From assembly GCA_963795085.1 (NCBI GenBank), contig CAWCFX010000004.1, forward strand, positions 64,001-128,000: a DNA stretch of 64,000 nt. Reading direction: 5' to 3'. Below, one piece after another: positions 8,990 through 18,910 of this stretch. The translations under genes were made by a program, and so were the position numbers. Numbering within the stretch: the first letter of the stretch is position 1; each line of letters starts with the position of its first letter. The stretch comes from an uncultured Gemmatimonadales bacterium. Lineage in GTDB: Bacteria > Gemmatimonadota > Gemmatimonadetes > Gemmatimonadales > GWC2-71-9. Below the pieces are notes generated by a model that was given only the letters and a program-made list of their open reading frames with translations, searched no databases and was not told where the DNA came from.

Positions 8990-9598
8990 TTGGGTGCCGT
9001 GCCGACACTTCCGCTCGCCATCATTCATCTCGATGAGTCCTGCCTCGGCAACGGCCGGGAAGGCGACAACCCCGGGGGCGCCGCCGGGCTGATCGAGGTC
9101 CGCACCAGTTCCGGGATCCAGCGCCGAGACTTCACGCTGTGCGAACCCGCGACCACGAATAACCGGATGGCGCTGGCCGGCGCCTCCCGGGCCCTCGAGA
9201 TCCTGGCTGGAAAGGACCGGAGAATGCGGGTGCTGATGGTGTCCGATTCCCAGTACCTGGTCAAGGGTATCAGCGAGTGGGTCCCGGGATGGATCCGGCG
9301 CAACTGGACCCGGAAAGGCGGCCCCATCGAAAACCTCGAACTCTGGCGCCGTCTGGTCGGGGCAGAACGGAAACACCAGGTGACCTGGTCATGGGTGCGG
9401 GGGCACGCCGGACACCCGAGGAACGAATATGCCAACGACCTCGCCATCGAGGCCGCCCGGACCCAGGTTGCGCACCCCGAGGCAATCGAATCCGGGTACC
9501 TCGCCTGGGTGGAGGGACAGCGCGCGAAACGCCGCTATCTCGACTATGACCCCGACCTGGCCTTTCGAGAGTCCGAGCAGCAACTCCTCGCTCGCTAG
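8990..9598 (+). CDS. rnhA: Ribonuclease HI
   Basis: DESCLGN...NPGG, TTNNRMAL, SDSQY, ENLELW, WVRGHAGHPRNEYANDLA. Confidence 0.9.
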   Translation: MGAVPTLPLAIIHLDESCLGNGREGDNPGGAAGLIEVRTSSGIQRRDFTLCEPATTNNRMALAGASRALEILAGKDRRMRVLMVSDSQYLVKGISEWVPGWIRRNWTRKGGPIENLELWRRLVGAERKHQVTWSWVRGHAGHPRNEYANDLAIEAARTQVAHPEAIESGYLAWVEGQRAKRRYLDYDPDLAFRESEQQLLAR

Positions 9599-10431
9599 CC
9601 CCCTACCCGGATCGCCAGCCGGCCAGTCGTCGCGTCGGCTGGTGCGGTGTAGAGTTGGGCCGTGATTCCAATGCCGGGCCGGGGCGCCCAGGTCACCCCG
9701 CCAAAGATGACCATCCGTTCCAGGTCCACCTCGACCTTCCGGTCGTCGAGCTGCCCAAACTGGTTGACGAAATTCACCTGGAACCGGGGGCGCAGCAGGT
9801 TGATACCGGCGCCCGCAAAGGGCCGGAACCGGCCGTCGGCGGTGGACCAGGTCCCGGTGACGTCGGCCCCCAGCGCGTTGGGTCGGTACCGGTCGTTCGA
9901 CTCGGTCCCGTTGAAGCACTCGCTGACCGGATCGCGAAGCGCCTCCTGGTCGCAGGTGATCGGCGCGTCGATCTTCCCGGTGGTCGCGTGGAGCCGAACT
10001 CCCACCCGCATGGTCCGCCCAACCCGAAAAGCCCGCCCCAGCGCCAGCCCCACGAGGTTCGGCGTTGCGCCATTCATGCTGATCGGGGGGATATAGCTGG
10101 CCTCCAGAACGAGGCCGGCCGGCAGTCCCAGGCTGACCCGCGGGCGCGGCAACACCGGCGCAAAATCGGTATTCTCCGGACCCTTGCCGGGCCGGCAGAC
10201 GGTGGGCGTGGCGGTTTCGTCGTCGATGTCGGGGAGATAGCTCCCTTCCAGCGCCAGTCGGAGCGACCAGGGTGGCAGGAAATCGGGAGCTTCCGCAGGG
10301 CCGAAGGCCAACGGAACGGCGAAGATCGCGAAGACCTTGGCCTCGTTGGAGTCGTCAGGCGGAAAACAGTCACCCTGGGCCGCGGCGGCGGACGGCAGGG
10401 CGAGGAGAACCAACCAGAACAGGCGCGTCAC
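9595..10431 (-). CDS. Secreted/outer-membrane beta-barrel-like hypothetical protein
   Basis: Signal peptide (AAA-Q), alternating beta-strand pattern, several Cys. Confidence 0.7.
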   Translation of the reverse strand: MTRLFWLVLLALPSAAAAQGDCFPPDDSNEAKVFAIFAVPLAFGPAEAPDFLPPWSLRLALEGSYLPDIDDETATPTVCRPGKGPENTDFAPVLPRPRVSLGLPAGLVLEASYIPPISMNGATPNLVGLALGRAFRVGRTMRVGVRLHATTGKIDAPITCDQEALRDPVSECFNGTESNDRYRPNALGADVTGTWSTADGRFRPFAGAGINLLRPRFQVNFVNQFGQLDDRKVEVDLERMVIFGGVTWAPRPGIGITAQLYTAPADATTGRLAIRVGG

Positions 10432-10524
10432 GATTCCACTCCTTGCTTGACGGTGGAACTCTGTCGAGATTCCTTTCCTTCAATACCTTCACGTCCTTCA
10501 ACTCTCTCAATTCTGTCAATTGGA

Positions 10525-11220
10525 TTGACTGATCTCGAGCGTTTCTTTCGCCGCCTGGTGGACAACCTGATCGCCATCGATCCGGCGCGGTTGCACCGTC
10601 CCATCGAGCTGGGGGACATCGTGCAGACCGTCGTGCCGTACCGCACCAACCGACGGGCGCTCGAGCTGGAGAGCAACGAAGACTACGACATGGTACTGCT
10701 TCGGCTCTGTGCCGGGGAGGGGGGGTTCGTCCGAACCGATCCCGAGGATCTGCAGGAGTCCTTCCAGGCCCAGGCCTCCAGCCCTAATCCCGACTTCGAC
10801 ATTCTCCAGCGTTTGTCCTCCGCCAGCCTGGTGCTCGCCACGGAGCAGTTGGCCTATGCCCTGGGGCCCGAGCCGGGCGCCTCCTATGCCCCGCCCGACG
10901 ACGAGGACCTGGACACCGAGCCGGAGCCCCGCGCAATCACGCCTTCCTTTGACGCGGTTCGCTGGCCCCGCCCTACTATTGAACCGGTCGTCCCCTACGA
11001 CCTGGCCGACGAGGACGCGGCGGCACCGGCCATCCGGCCAGCCGAACGCGCCGGCCGCTGCAGCTATTGCGGGGGCTCACTTCCCTCCGGCCGGCCGGTC
11101 AACTTCTGCCCCCACTGCGGGGAGAGCCAGTCCTACGTCCGCTGCCCTTCCTGCCAGGCCGAGGTAGAACTGGGCTGGAAACATTGCGTGTCCTGCGGAA
11201 ATCCGGTCGTCGAAAGCTGA
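10525..11220 (+). CDS. Double zinc-ribbon domain protein
   Basis: Probable TTG start at 10525; C-terminal CSYC, CPHC, CPSC and CVSC motifs. Confidence 0.75.
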   Translation: MTDLERFFRRLVDNLIAIDPARLHRPIELGDIVQTVVPYRTNRRALELESNEDYDMVLLRLCAGEGGFVRTDPEDLQESFQAQASSPNPDFDILQRLSSASLVLATEQLAYALGPEPGASYAPPDDEDLDTEPEPRAITPSFDAVRWPRPTIEPVVPYDLADEDAAAPAIRPAERAGRCSYCGGSLPSGRPVNFCPHCGESQSYVRCPSCQAEVELGWKHCVSCGNPVVES

Positions 11221-11228
11221 ACCAGCTC

Positions 11229-12305
11229 ATGCACCATCAGGTAGCGGTGATCGCCGGGGACGGGATCGGCCCCGAGGTTGTCGCGGCCTCGCTCGAGGTC
11301 ATCGAGCGGGCCGCGACACTGGAAGGCGCTCAGCTCCGGTTTGAGCACCTCCCCTATTCCGCCGAGCACTACCTCCGCACCGGGGTCACCCTTCCGGAGG
11401 ACGCCTTCCGTCACCTCCGCGACGACGTTGACGCCATCTTCCTCGGCGCGCTGGGAGATCCCCGGGTGCCGGACAACGAGCACGCCCGGGACATCCTCCT
11501 GGGCCTGCGCTTTCGCCTGGATCTTTATATCAACTTCAGGCCGGTCACCCTGCTGCACCCCCGGCTGCTGGCGCTGCGGACGGACCGCCGGACGGCCGGG
11601 CAGGCGGAGGGCAGGCAGGTGGACTTCGTTGTTTTTCGGGAGAACACGGAGGGACAGTACCAGGGCTTCGGCCGCACCGAGAATGCCGGCACGCCGGACG
11701 AGAAACATGTCTCGGAAGAGATTCACAGCGTGAAGGGCGTTCGCCGGATCATCGAGGCCGCCTTTGCCTGGGCCCAGGCCCAGGGCCGGGACCGCATTAC
11801 CCTCTGCGACAAATCCAACGCGGTACCCTTCCACAAGGTCTGGAGCCGGCTGTTCGCGGAAGTGGGAGAGAGGTTCCCCGCGATCACGCGGGAACACCGC
11901 TACGTGGATGCGCTGGCCATGGAACTGGTCCGGGAGCCGGAACGATTTCAGGTGATCGTGACCAACAACCTCTATGGCGACATTCTATCCGACCTCGGCG
12001 CCGGTCTCATCGGGGGACTGGGGATGTCGGCCAGCGGCAACCTTCACCCGGGTCGCGCCGGCCTCTTCGAACCGGTGCACGGCTCGGCCCCTCCCCTGGC
12101 CGGAAAGAACGTCGCCAACCCGATGGCCGCGGTGCTGACCGGCGGGCTCCTGCTGGAGTCCCTGGGGTATCCCGCGGCCGCGAAGCGCCTGGAACAGGCG
12201 GTGCGCTCGGTGCTGGCGGACGGTCCGACCACCCCGGACATAGGGGGAACTTCGGGGACCCGGGAAGTCGCCGGGGCGATCCTCGCGGCCCTGCAGGAAA
12301 CCTGA
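11229..12305 (+). CDS. Isocitrate/isopropylmalate/tartrate dehydrogenase family protein
   Basis: VIAGDGIGPEV, FRENTEG, DKSN, NNLYGDILSDL, FEPVHGSAP, ANP, TPDIGG. Confidence 0.9.
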   Translation: MHHQVAVIAGDGIGPEVVAASLEVIERAATLEGAQLRFEHLPYSAEHYLRTGVTLPEDAFRHLRDDVDAIFLGALGDPRVPDNEHARDILLGLRFRLDLYINFRPVTLLHPRLLALRTDRRTAGQAEGRQVDFVVFRENTEGQYQGFGRTENAGTPDEKHVSEEIHSVKGVRRIIEAAFAWAQAQGRDRITLCDKSNAVPFHKVWSRLFAEVGERFPAITREHRYVDALAMELVREPERFQVIVTNNLYGDILSDLGAGLIGGLGMSASGNLHPGRAGLFEPVHGSAPPLAGKNVANPMAAVLTGGLLLESLGYPAAAKRLEQAVRSVLADGPTTPDIGGTSGTREVAGAILAALQET

Positions 12306-12324
12306 CCCTTTTCCAGGAGGATTT

Positions 12325-13209
12325 GTGCGCGCAAGTATTGTGGCGCTAACAGCCCTGGTCGCCTTTGTGCCGGGCGCGGCCGCGTCCGCCCAGGCCGCCC
12401 CAGGCCCTGACACGGTCATCGTGGAACGAGACTATGCCGACACCCTGCAGACGTCCCGGGTCACCCTGCTCCGCCGCTCGGTGTACCGGGTCGAACTCAG
12501 TCAGCCCGAGGCGACCCCCACATTCATGCCGGTGCGCAAGGGCGTCTACCCACCGACGGCTCTGCTGATTCTCGAACGCGGCGGGCTGGGCGGGCCTGTC
12601 TATGAAGTGCACATTGACCGGGACGGTGAGTACGATCTGAAGGTCCGGGGCCTCAGGCCGGGCCGGTCCGTGCGGGTCAGGCTCACCACCGACGTGGGTA
12701 CCACCCAGATGCGTCAGGCCCGGCAGGATGCCCCGGGCTGGTCCATCGGTGCGCGCGGCGAGGTCGGCCGCCATTCGGGGTACCTTACCGGCGCAGCGCC
12801 TGACAGTCCGGAGCCCGGCATGGCCTACTCCGGCTGCCTGGTGATCAGCAACGGGACATTCATGGACCTCTGCCTGGGCGGGGGCATGGATGCGCGGGGC
12901 GAAAGCAAGACTCGAATCGCCTGGATCTTCGCTGAAATACACTTCAAGGCTATTTCGCTGGGTACCCGGCGCCACCTCACCGAGCTCGGCATCCTGGGCC
13001 GGGTCGCGCAGGGAAGTGCCGGATCGGATGTCTCGCGCGATCCGAGCTATTACGGGTTTGGTGTGTTCGGACAGCAATGGATTGCGCGGTCGCCCAACGG
13101 CCGCGGGGTGAGCCTGCTGGCGTCCGCCCAGTACGGCCAGTTGGGCAACATCACTCTCAAGGACCAGCACACCACGGTCATCCGGGCCGGCGTCCAGTGG
13201 CTGCCATGA
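12325..13209 (+). CDS. Secreted protein with beta-sandwich N-domain and probable beta-barrel C-domain
   Basis: AGGAGG RBS, signal peptide (ASA-Q), C-terminal RAGVQWLP. Confidence 0.7.
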   Translation: MRASIVALTALVAFVPGAAASAQAAPGPDTVIVERDYADTLQTSRVTLLRRSVYRVELSQPEATPTFMPVRKGVYPPTALLILERGGLGGPVYEVHIDRDGEYDLKVRGLRPGRSVRVRLTTDVGTTQMRQARQDAPGWSIGARGEVGRHSGYLTGAAPDSPEPGMAYSGCLVISNGTFMDLCLGGGMDARGESKTRIAWIFAEIHFKAISLGTRRHLTELGILGRVAQGSAGSDVSRDPSYYGFGVFGQQWIARSPNGRGVSLLASAQYGQLGNITLKDQHTTVIRAGVQWLP

Positions 13210-13309
13210 CTTCCCGCTGTGCGTCCGTCTCCCCAGCGGGTCGTCCCCTCTCATGTTTCCGGCTCTGCCGCGGGTAACGGCAGGACGCGTCCTTTGCACG
13301 AGAGGTCCC

Positions 13310-13822
13310 ATGAAATACTCCATGCTGGCAGCGGCGGCGCTGCTGCTTCCCCCCCAGGCGCTGATGGTCCAGGCCTGCGACACCTCCGCTCAGGGTATGC
13401 TCGATGTCGCCTCCGAAAGTGAAACCTGGTGTCACCCCTGGCCTGGCTGCACCAGCTGGACCAGCGGGGACACCATCAAGGTGGCCAGCCACAAGCGCAA
13501 GTCCCGGACGGCCAAGGCGGACAGCGCGGATGTCCTGGTGGGTGCGTTCGACCTATCGTCGACTGGCGAGTTTGTCCGGGTGGAACTCCGGGCCGGCGCG
13601 ACTTACCGGGTGGAGTTTACCGCGCAGACCGGCAACCTCCAGGTCCGGCCCCGCCTCAGCTATGACCAGTCAATCCTGCCGCTTACCGTCGAGGATATTC
13701 CGCGGGCCAGCGGCACCCGGGCCATCGCGATCGTTCCCCGGCAGCACGGCGAGTACGATTTTCGCGCCACCGGCCTGACCGGGTATGGCGCGAGACTGGT
13801 CATCTTCCGGGAAGCGCACTGA
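13310..13822 (+). CDS. Secreted hypothetical protein, similar to the N-domain of the upstream gene
   Basis: Signal peptide; shares YRVE and GEYD.R/K..GL segments with 12325..13209. Confidence 0.65.
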   Translation: MKYSMLAAAALLLPPQALMVQACDTSAQGMLDVASESETWCHPWPGCTSWTSGDTIKVASHKRKSRTAKADSADVLVGAFDLSSTGEFVRVELRAGATYRVEFTAQTGNLQVRPRLSYDQSILPLTVEDIPRASGTRAIAIVPRQHGEYDFRATGLTGYGARLVIFREAH

Positions 13823-13994
13823 AGGACGGCAGGAAAACGCGGCAGGCCGATGAAGGATTCGGGCGAAGGCTCCTTGATCGTCCTGCCGTCGATGCCCGCC
13901 GCCCAGCCCCCCGCTCTTCATTACCGCCCCCGCCCTACCGCCCCGCTTATATTCCCAGGTTCTCATTTACCTAACCCAGGAATTCGAGCGGGCT

Positions 13995-15200
13995 ATGAAG
14001 ACACAAGGCCAGGCGAAGGACGTTCTCTTTCTATCCGGCGCCAGGACTGGTTTCGGCAGCTTCGGGGGGACCCTTAAAGACTTTACTGCCACGGACTTGG
14101 GCGCGATCGCGGCGAAGGCCGCCTTGGAGCGCGCCGGGGCCCGGGCCATCGACCACGTGGTCTTCGGCAATGCTCTGCAGACCTCGGCAGACGCCATCTA
14201 TCTCGCCCGCCACGTGGCCCTGCGGGCGGGCCTGCCCGTCGAAACGCCGGCCGTAACGGTGAACCGGCTCTGCGGAAGCGGCTTTGAATCAATCATCCAG
14301 GGCGCCCAGCAGATCCTGCTCGACGAATCGCGGGTGGTACTGGCAGGAGGGGCGGAATCCATGAGCCAGGCCCCTCACGTGGTACGCGGCGCCCGGTGGG
14401 GGCTTCGGCTTGGTCCGGCGCCGCCGTTCGAGGACCTCCTCTGGGAATCTCTCAAGGATCCGCAGTGCGGGTTCTCCATGGCCGAGACCGCCGAGAACCT
14501 GGCGGAGAAATACGGAATTCCGCGGCTGGATGTCGATGCCTATGCCCTGGCCAGCCAGCAACGCGCGAAGGACGGGTGGGCATCCGGCGCCTATGCCGAC
14601 GAAATTACCCCGGTGCCCATTCCCAACCGGAAGACCCGAACGACGGACGACTGGGGAGCTGACGAGCACATGCGTCCCAACACCACTCCAGAGGCGCTGG
14701 CCAAGCTACCGCCCTATTTCAAGAAGGACGGCGTAGTCACCGCCGGCAATGCCTCGGGCATCTGTGACGGTGCCGCCGCGGTCGTGCTGGCGGGAGAGGA
14801 TGCCGTTCCGGACGGAGGGAAGCCCATTGGGCGATTGGTTTCCTGGGCCGTCGCGGGGGTGGAGCCCAGGTACATGGGGATCGGGCCGGCCCCGGCGGCG
14901 CGGAAGGCGCTTTCCAGGGCCGGAATGACGCTGGACCAGATGGACCTCGTCGAGGTGAACGAGGCCTTCGCCGCACAGTACGTGGCCGTGGAGCGGGAAC
15001 TCGGTCTCGACCGGGAGCGAACCAACGTGGACGGCGGGGCCATCGCCATCGGGCACCCGCTCGCGGCCAGCGGCACCCGCATCACGCTCCATCTGCTGAT
15101 GGCACTGCGCCGCCGGGGGAAGCGGTTCGGCCTGGGCAGCGCCTGTATTGGCGGCGGCCAGGGAGCAGCGGTGATCGTGGAAGCGTTCGGGGATCAGTGA
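13995..15200 (+). CDS. Acetyl-CoA C-acyltransferase (thiolase)
   Basis: NRLCGSG, GNASGICDGAA, NEAFA, GGAIAIGHP, CIGGGQG. Confidence 0.95.
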   Translation: MKTQGQAKDVLFLSGARTGFGSFGGTLKDFTATDLGAIAAKAALERAGARAIDHVVFGNALQTSADAIYLARHVALRAGLPVETPAVTVNRLCGSGFESIIQGAQQILLDESRVVLAGGAESMSQAPHVVRGARWGLRLGPAPPFEDLLWESLKDPQCGFSMAETAENLAEKYGIPRLDVDAYALASQQRAKDGWASGAYADEITPVPIPNRKTRTTDDWGADEHMRPNTTPEALAKLPPYFKKDGVVTAGNASGICDGAAAVVLAGEDAVPDGGKPIGRLVSWAVAGVEPRYMGIGPAPAARKALSRAGMTLDQMDLVEVNEAFAAQYVAVERELGLDRERTNVDGGAIAIGHPLAASGTRITLHLLMALRRRGKRFGLGSACIGGGQGAAVIVEAFGDQ

Positions 15201-15268
15201 TCGCGCATTGGCGATTCGCCACGGTTCATTGACCGTTGGCCAATCGCTAATCACGCAAGGGAGGAATC

Positions 15269-16135
15269 ATGGAGGTCCTGCTGGGCGTACTCGGGGCTCT
15301 CGTCGCGTATTCCTTCGCGAGCCTGCGGGTGATCAAGCAGTATGAGCGCGCGGTCACCTTCTTCCTGGGGCGTTTTTCGGGCACCAAGGGGCCGGGTGTG
15401 GTCTTCATTCCGTTCCTGCTGGCCACCCAGCGCCGGGTCTCGCTTCGCATCATGGCCCTGGACATCCCGCCCCAGGACGTCATCACCCGCGACAACGTCT
15501 CGGTCAAGGTGAACGCGGTGCTGTACATGAAGGTCAGCACACCGGAGAAGGCGATTATCGAAATCGAAGACTACCGCTACGCGACCAGCCAGTTGGCCCA
15601 GACTACGCTCCGCTCGGTGCTCGGGGAAGTAGAGCTGGACGAGCTGCTCGCCGACCGTGAAAAGATCAACGGTATCCTCAAGCGTATCATCGACGAGCGC
15701 ACCGATGCCTGGGGTATCGAAGTGTCGGCGGTGGAAGTCAAGGACGTGGACCTGCCCTCCGAGATGAAGCGGGCCATGGCGCGGCAGGCCGAGGCCGAAC
15801 GGGAGCGGCGGGCCAAGGTGATCGCCGCGCAGGGCGAGTTCCAGGCCTCGGAGACGCTCGCCGATGCCGCCCGGGTGCTCTCGGCCCAGCCGGTGGCGAT
15901 CCAGCTGCGCTACCTGCAGACGGTCACCGAGATCGCCGCCGAAAACAACTCGACCACCCTGTTTCCCATCCCCATCGAACTGTTCCGGCCCTTTCTGACC
16001 GCCGCCGAAAACCGGGCCGCCGGGAACCTGCCGGCCCAGCCGCCGGCCCAGCCACCCTCCCAGATCGAGGCTCCCGACCCTTCGCTCGCGCTGCCGGCGT
16101 TCAAGATGGGTGAGCCGGTGCGGCGGAAGGAGTAG
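15269..16135 (+). CDS. Slipin/stomatin (SPFH/band 7) family protein
   Basis: QDVITRDNVSVKVNA, AQTTLRSVLG, MARQAEAERERRAKVI, QLRYLQT. Confidence 0.92.
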   Translation: MEVLLGVLGALVAYSFASLRVIKQYERAVTFFLGRFSGTKGPGVVFIPFLLATQRRVSLRIMALDIPPQDVITRDNVSVKVNAVLYMKVSTPEKAIIEIEDYRYATSQLAQTTLRSVLGEVELDELLADREKINGILKRIIDERTDAWGIEVSAVEVKDVDLPSEMKRAMARQAEAERERRAKVIAAQGEFQASETLADAARVLSAQPVAIQLRYLQTVTEIAAENNSTTLFPIPIELFRPFLTAAENRAAGNLPAQPPAQPPSQIEAPDPSLALPAFKMGEPVRRKE

Positions 16136-16140
16136 CAGCC

Positions 16141-16992
16141 GTGACCAGCAACCGGCCGGCCCGAATCGACAAGGCAGCGCTGGAGCGGATCATCCAGCGC
16201 GCGTCCGAACTGCAGACCGGTTCCCACGACGTCGGCGACAACCTCACCGCCGACGAAGTTCTCAAACTGGGCCGCGACGTCGGCCTCGACGAGGGCTATC
16301 TCCAGCAGGCCATCCTGGAAGAAACCAACCGGGCCGAGCTCCCCGACGAGAGCGGGCTCTGGAACCGGGTGGTCGGACCCGGCATGGTCAGTTCTCAGCG
16401 GGTGGTCCAGGGCGAGGTCGAAGAAGTGACCGCCCGGCTGATTCGGTGGATCGAAGAGAACGAGCTGTTCATCGTGCAGCGGCAGCTGCATGGGCGGGTG
16501 TCGTGGGAACCGCTGGGCGGATTCCAGGCGGCGATCCGCCGGTCCACCGCGATGCTGGGCGGCGGCAAGCGGCCCTTCATGCTCGCCAGCGCCGATGGGG
16601 TGTCGGCCACGATGGTTCGACTGGAGCCGGGCTACTGCAACGTGGTGCTCACCGCGACGCTCCGAAAGACGCGCTCGGGTTACGTCGGCGGCTCCGCAGC
16701 GGTGGTTACGGTGTCCGGCCTCGCTGCGGCGGCCATCGCCGCCATGTCACCATTTCTCCTGTTTGCGCTGGCGCCTATCACCGTTGGTCTGGGAATCGGA
16801 TGGGTGATCGCCCGCCAGTATCGCCCGGTGGCTGAGCGGGTCATGCTGGGCCTCGAGTGCGCGCTGGACCAGCTGGAGCGGGGGACGGTCAAGCCGAAAC
16901 ACCTGCTCCCGGAAAAGACCCAGGGTCTCTTCGGAATCATCGCCGACGAAGTGAAAAAGGCGATCAAGCCCGACAATCGCCTGTCTCAATAA
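16141..16992 (+). CDS. Hypothetical membrane protein
   Basis: Co-directional with its neighbours, two C-terminal TM helices. Confidence 0.7.
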   Translation: MTSNRPARIDKAALERIIQRASELQTGSHDVGDNLTADEVLKLGRDVGLDEGYLQQAILEETNRAELPDESGLWNRVVGPGMVSSQRVVQGEVEEVTARLIRWIEENELFIVQRQLHGRVSWEPLGGFQAAIRRSTAMLGGGKRPFMLASADGVSATMVRLEPGYCNVVLTATLRKTRSGYVGGSAAVVTVSGLAAAAIAAMSPFLLFALAPITVGLGIGWVIARQYRPVAERVMLGLECALDQLERGTVKPKHLLPEKTQGLFGIIADEVKKAIKPDNRLSQ

Positions 16993-17014
16993 TCCATTCC
17001 AAAGGACGTTTTGC

Positions 17015-17902
17015 ATGGCCGAGATCAAGAAGGTGGGAGTGCTGGGATGTGGACTGATGGGCAGCGGCATCGCCCAGGTCTCGGCTGCGGCCGGCTATCC
17101 CACCATCGTCCGGGAAGTGGCCCAGCCGCTGCTCGATAAGGGCAAGGCCAGCATCACCAAGTCGCTGGACAAGTTCGTGGAAAAGGGGAAGCTCCCCCAG
17201 GCCGAGCGGGACGCGGCGCTGGGACGGCTCTCCTTCGTGACCGACCTGGCCGCCCTCCAGGGATGCGACATCATCATCGAGGCGGTCACCGAGGATCTCG
17301 AGCTCAAGAACGGCATGTGGAAGGAACTGGACGGGATCTGTCCCGCCCATGCCATCTTCGCCTCCAATACGTCCAGTTTGACCATCGCGGCCATGGCGGC
17401 GGCCACCCGGCGGGCCGACCGGTTCGTGGGACTCCATTTCTTCAACCCGGTCCCCCTGATGCAACTGGTGGAGGTGGTCCGGACCGTGACCACCAGCCCC
17501 GACACATTCGAGAAGGCGCTCAACTTCGGCCGCAGCCTCGGCAAGGAGGCGGTGGCCGCCAAGGATAACTCGGGGTTCATCGTCAACCTCCTGCTGGTTC
17601 CCTACCTGCTGGATGCAATCCGTTCGCTGGAGCGGGGCGTAGGAAGTACGCTGGACATTGATAATGCGATGAAGCTGGGCTGCGGCTACCCCATGGGACC
17701 GTTTACCCTGCTCGATTTTGTGGGCAACGACACGACCTACAAGATCGCCGAGATCATGTTCGAGGAGTACCGGGAAACGCGGTACGCCCCGCCCCCCCTG
17801 CTCAGGCGCATGGTGCTGGCGGGGATGTACGGGCGGAAAAGCGGAAAAGGATTCTACGACTACTCGAACAACCCGCCCACCCCGGTGAACCTGGGGCTAT
17901 GA
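17015..17902 (+). CDS. hbd: 3-hydroxybutyryl-CoA dehydrogenase
   Basis: GCGLMGSGIAQ, ASNTSS, GLHFFNPVP, GFIVN, GYPMGPF, GRKSGKGFYDY. Confidence 0.9.
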   Translation: MAEIKKVGVLGCGLMGSGIAQVSAAAGYPTIVREVAQPLLDKGKASITKSLDKFVEKGKLPQAERDAALGRLSFVTDLAALQGCDIIIEAVTEDLELKNGMWKELDGICPAHAIFASNTSSLTIAAMAAATRRADRFVGLHFFNPVPLMQLVEVVRTVTTSPDTFEKALNFGRSLGKEAVAAKDNSGFIVNLLLVPYLLDAIRSLERGVGSTLDIDNAMKLGCGYPMGPFTLLDFVGNDTTYKIAEIMFEEYRETRYAPPPLLRRMVLAGMYGRKSGKGFYDYSNNPPTPVNLGL

Positions 17903-18429
17903 GCCGGCGGGCGGCGGAGGTCACGTGCGGCACCTCGTGGCGCCGGCCGCGAGCTTCCCGGCGGATCCTGGTGGGCGTCGGCCTGGCCTTGCTGGGCTGC
18001 CAGGCCAGCACCACCCGGCCGGTGTTCGGGCCAGTCTCGGGCGCACCCCGGGTGGTGCTCCAGATGGAAGTGGCCCGCGCCACCACCATCCTGGCGAGCG
18101 CGCTCCGGGCCGATAGCCTGCCGGTCGCGGCGCTGGAGCCGCGAGACGGATTCCTGGAGACGCCGTGGTTCGACAGCGCCACCAGCCGGCCCACCGGCCG
18201 GCGCCCCCTGGGACAGGGCGTGGTCCTGGTGCGCGGGTGGGTCGACCCGGATCGGCCGGGGTTCAGCCGGGTAACTGTAGAAACGGTCTTCCGCGATGTT
18301 GCGGACCCATCGCTCCCCGGGAGGGAACTCGACCGGGAAGTACCCCCAGATCACCCCGTATCCGTCCGGGTTCGCGCCGTGCTGGATACATTGAGGAAAC
18401 GCTATGGCGAGCCTGATCGATCTGGATAG
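17899..18429 (+). CDS. Hypothetical lipoprotein
   Basis: Lipobox LLGC after a basic N-terminus; overlaps both neighbours. Confidence 0.65.
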   Translation: MSRRAAEVTCGTSWRRPRASRRILVGVGLALLGCQASTTRPVFGPVSGAPRVVLQMEVARATTILASALRADSLPVAALEPRDGFLETPWFDSATSRPTGRRPLGQGVVLVRGWVDPDRPGFSRVTVETVFRDVADPSLPGRELDREVPPDHPVSVRVRAVLDTLRKRYGEPDRSG

Positions 18430-18811
18430 CACATACCTGCCCGTAGGCCAGATGCGGCAGATTACCGCGGTAACGGCGTTCTATGGCACCACCATCGAGT
18501 GCGAGATGTCGCTGGAATCCCATTGGGTGTACCCGATCCACTTCCCCGACGATCCGATCCTCCCGGCCAGCCTGATGCTCGAGGCCGCCGGCCAGGTGAC
18601 CGCCCTCTGGGCCTGGCTCAGCGGCCAGCGGGGCAAGCCCCGGATGGTCAAGGCCTCGGGCGACTTCCGCGCCCCCTGCGGCCCCAGCGACGGCGTGCTC
18701 ACCTTCCGCGCCACGATTCGCAAGAAGCGGTTTCTGAATTTCGGATCGATATCGGTCCTGATTAACGGGGCCGAGATTGCCACGATCGAGAACTGTATCG
18801 CGGTGGTGTAA
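18404..18811 (+). CDS. FabA/FabZ-like hotdog-fold dehydratase
   Basis: HFPDDPILPASLMLEAAGQ matches the FabZ-type His...Glu catalytic motif. Confidence 0.75.
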   Translation: MASLIDLDSTYLPVGQMRQITAVTAFYGTTIECEMSLESHWVYPIHFPDDPILPASLMLEAAGQVTALWAWLSGQRGKPRMVKASGDFRAPCGPSDGVLTFRATIRKKRFLNFGSISVLINGAEIATIENCIAVV

Positions 18812-18910
18812 CCTCTCCATCCGCCCTTCGCCGCCGCCATTCGCTGCATGCCGGAGGCGGTCCACTGCACGACGCTTCATCCGGCCCCTCGGCACCGGTA
18901 CCTTTTCCTC

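Noticed and set aside
9655..10524. N-terminal 290 codons of ORF 9655..11220
   Set aside because: They overlap the minus-strand gene 9595..10431; the plausible start is TTG 10525.
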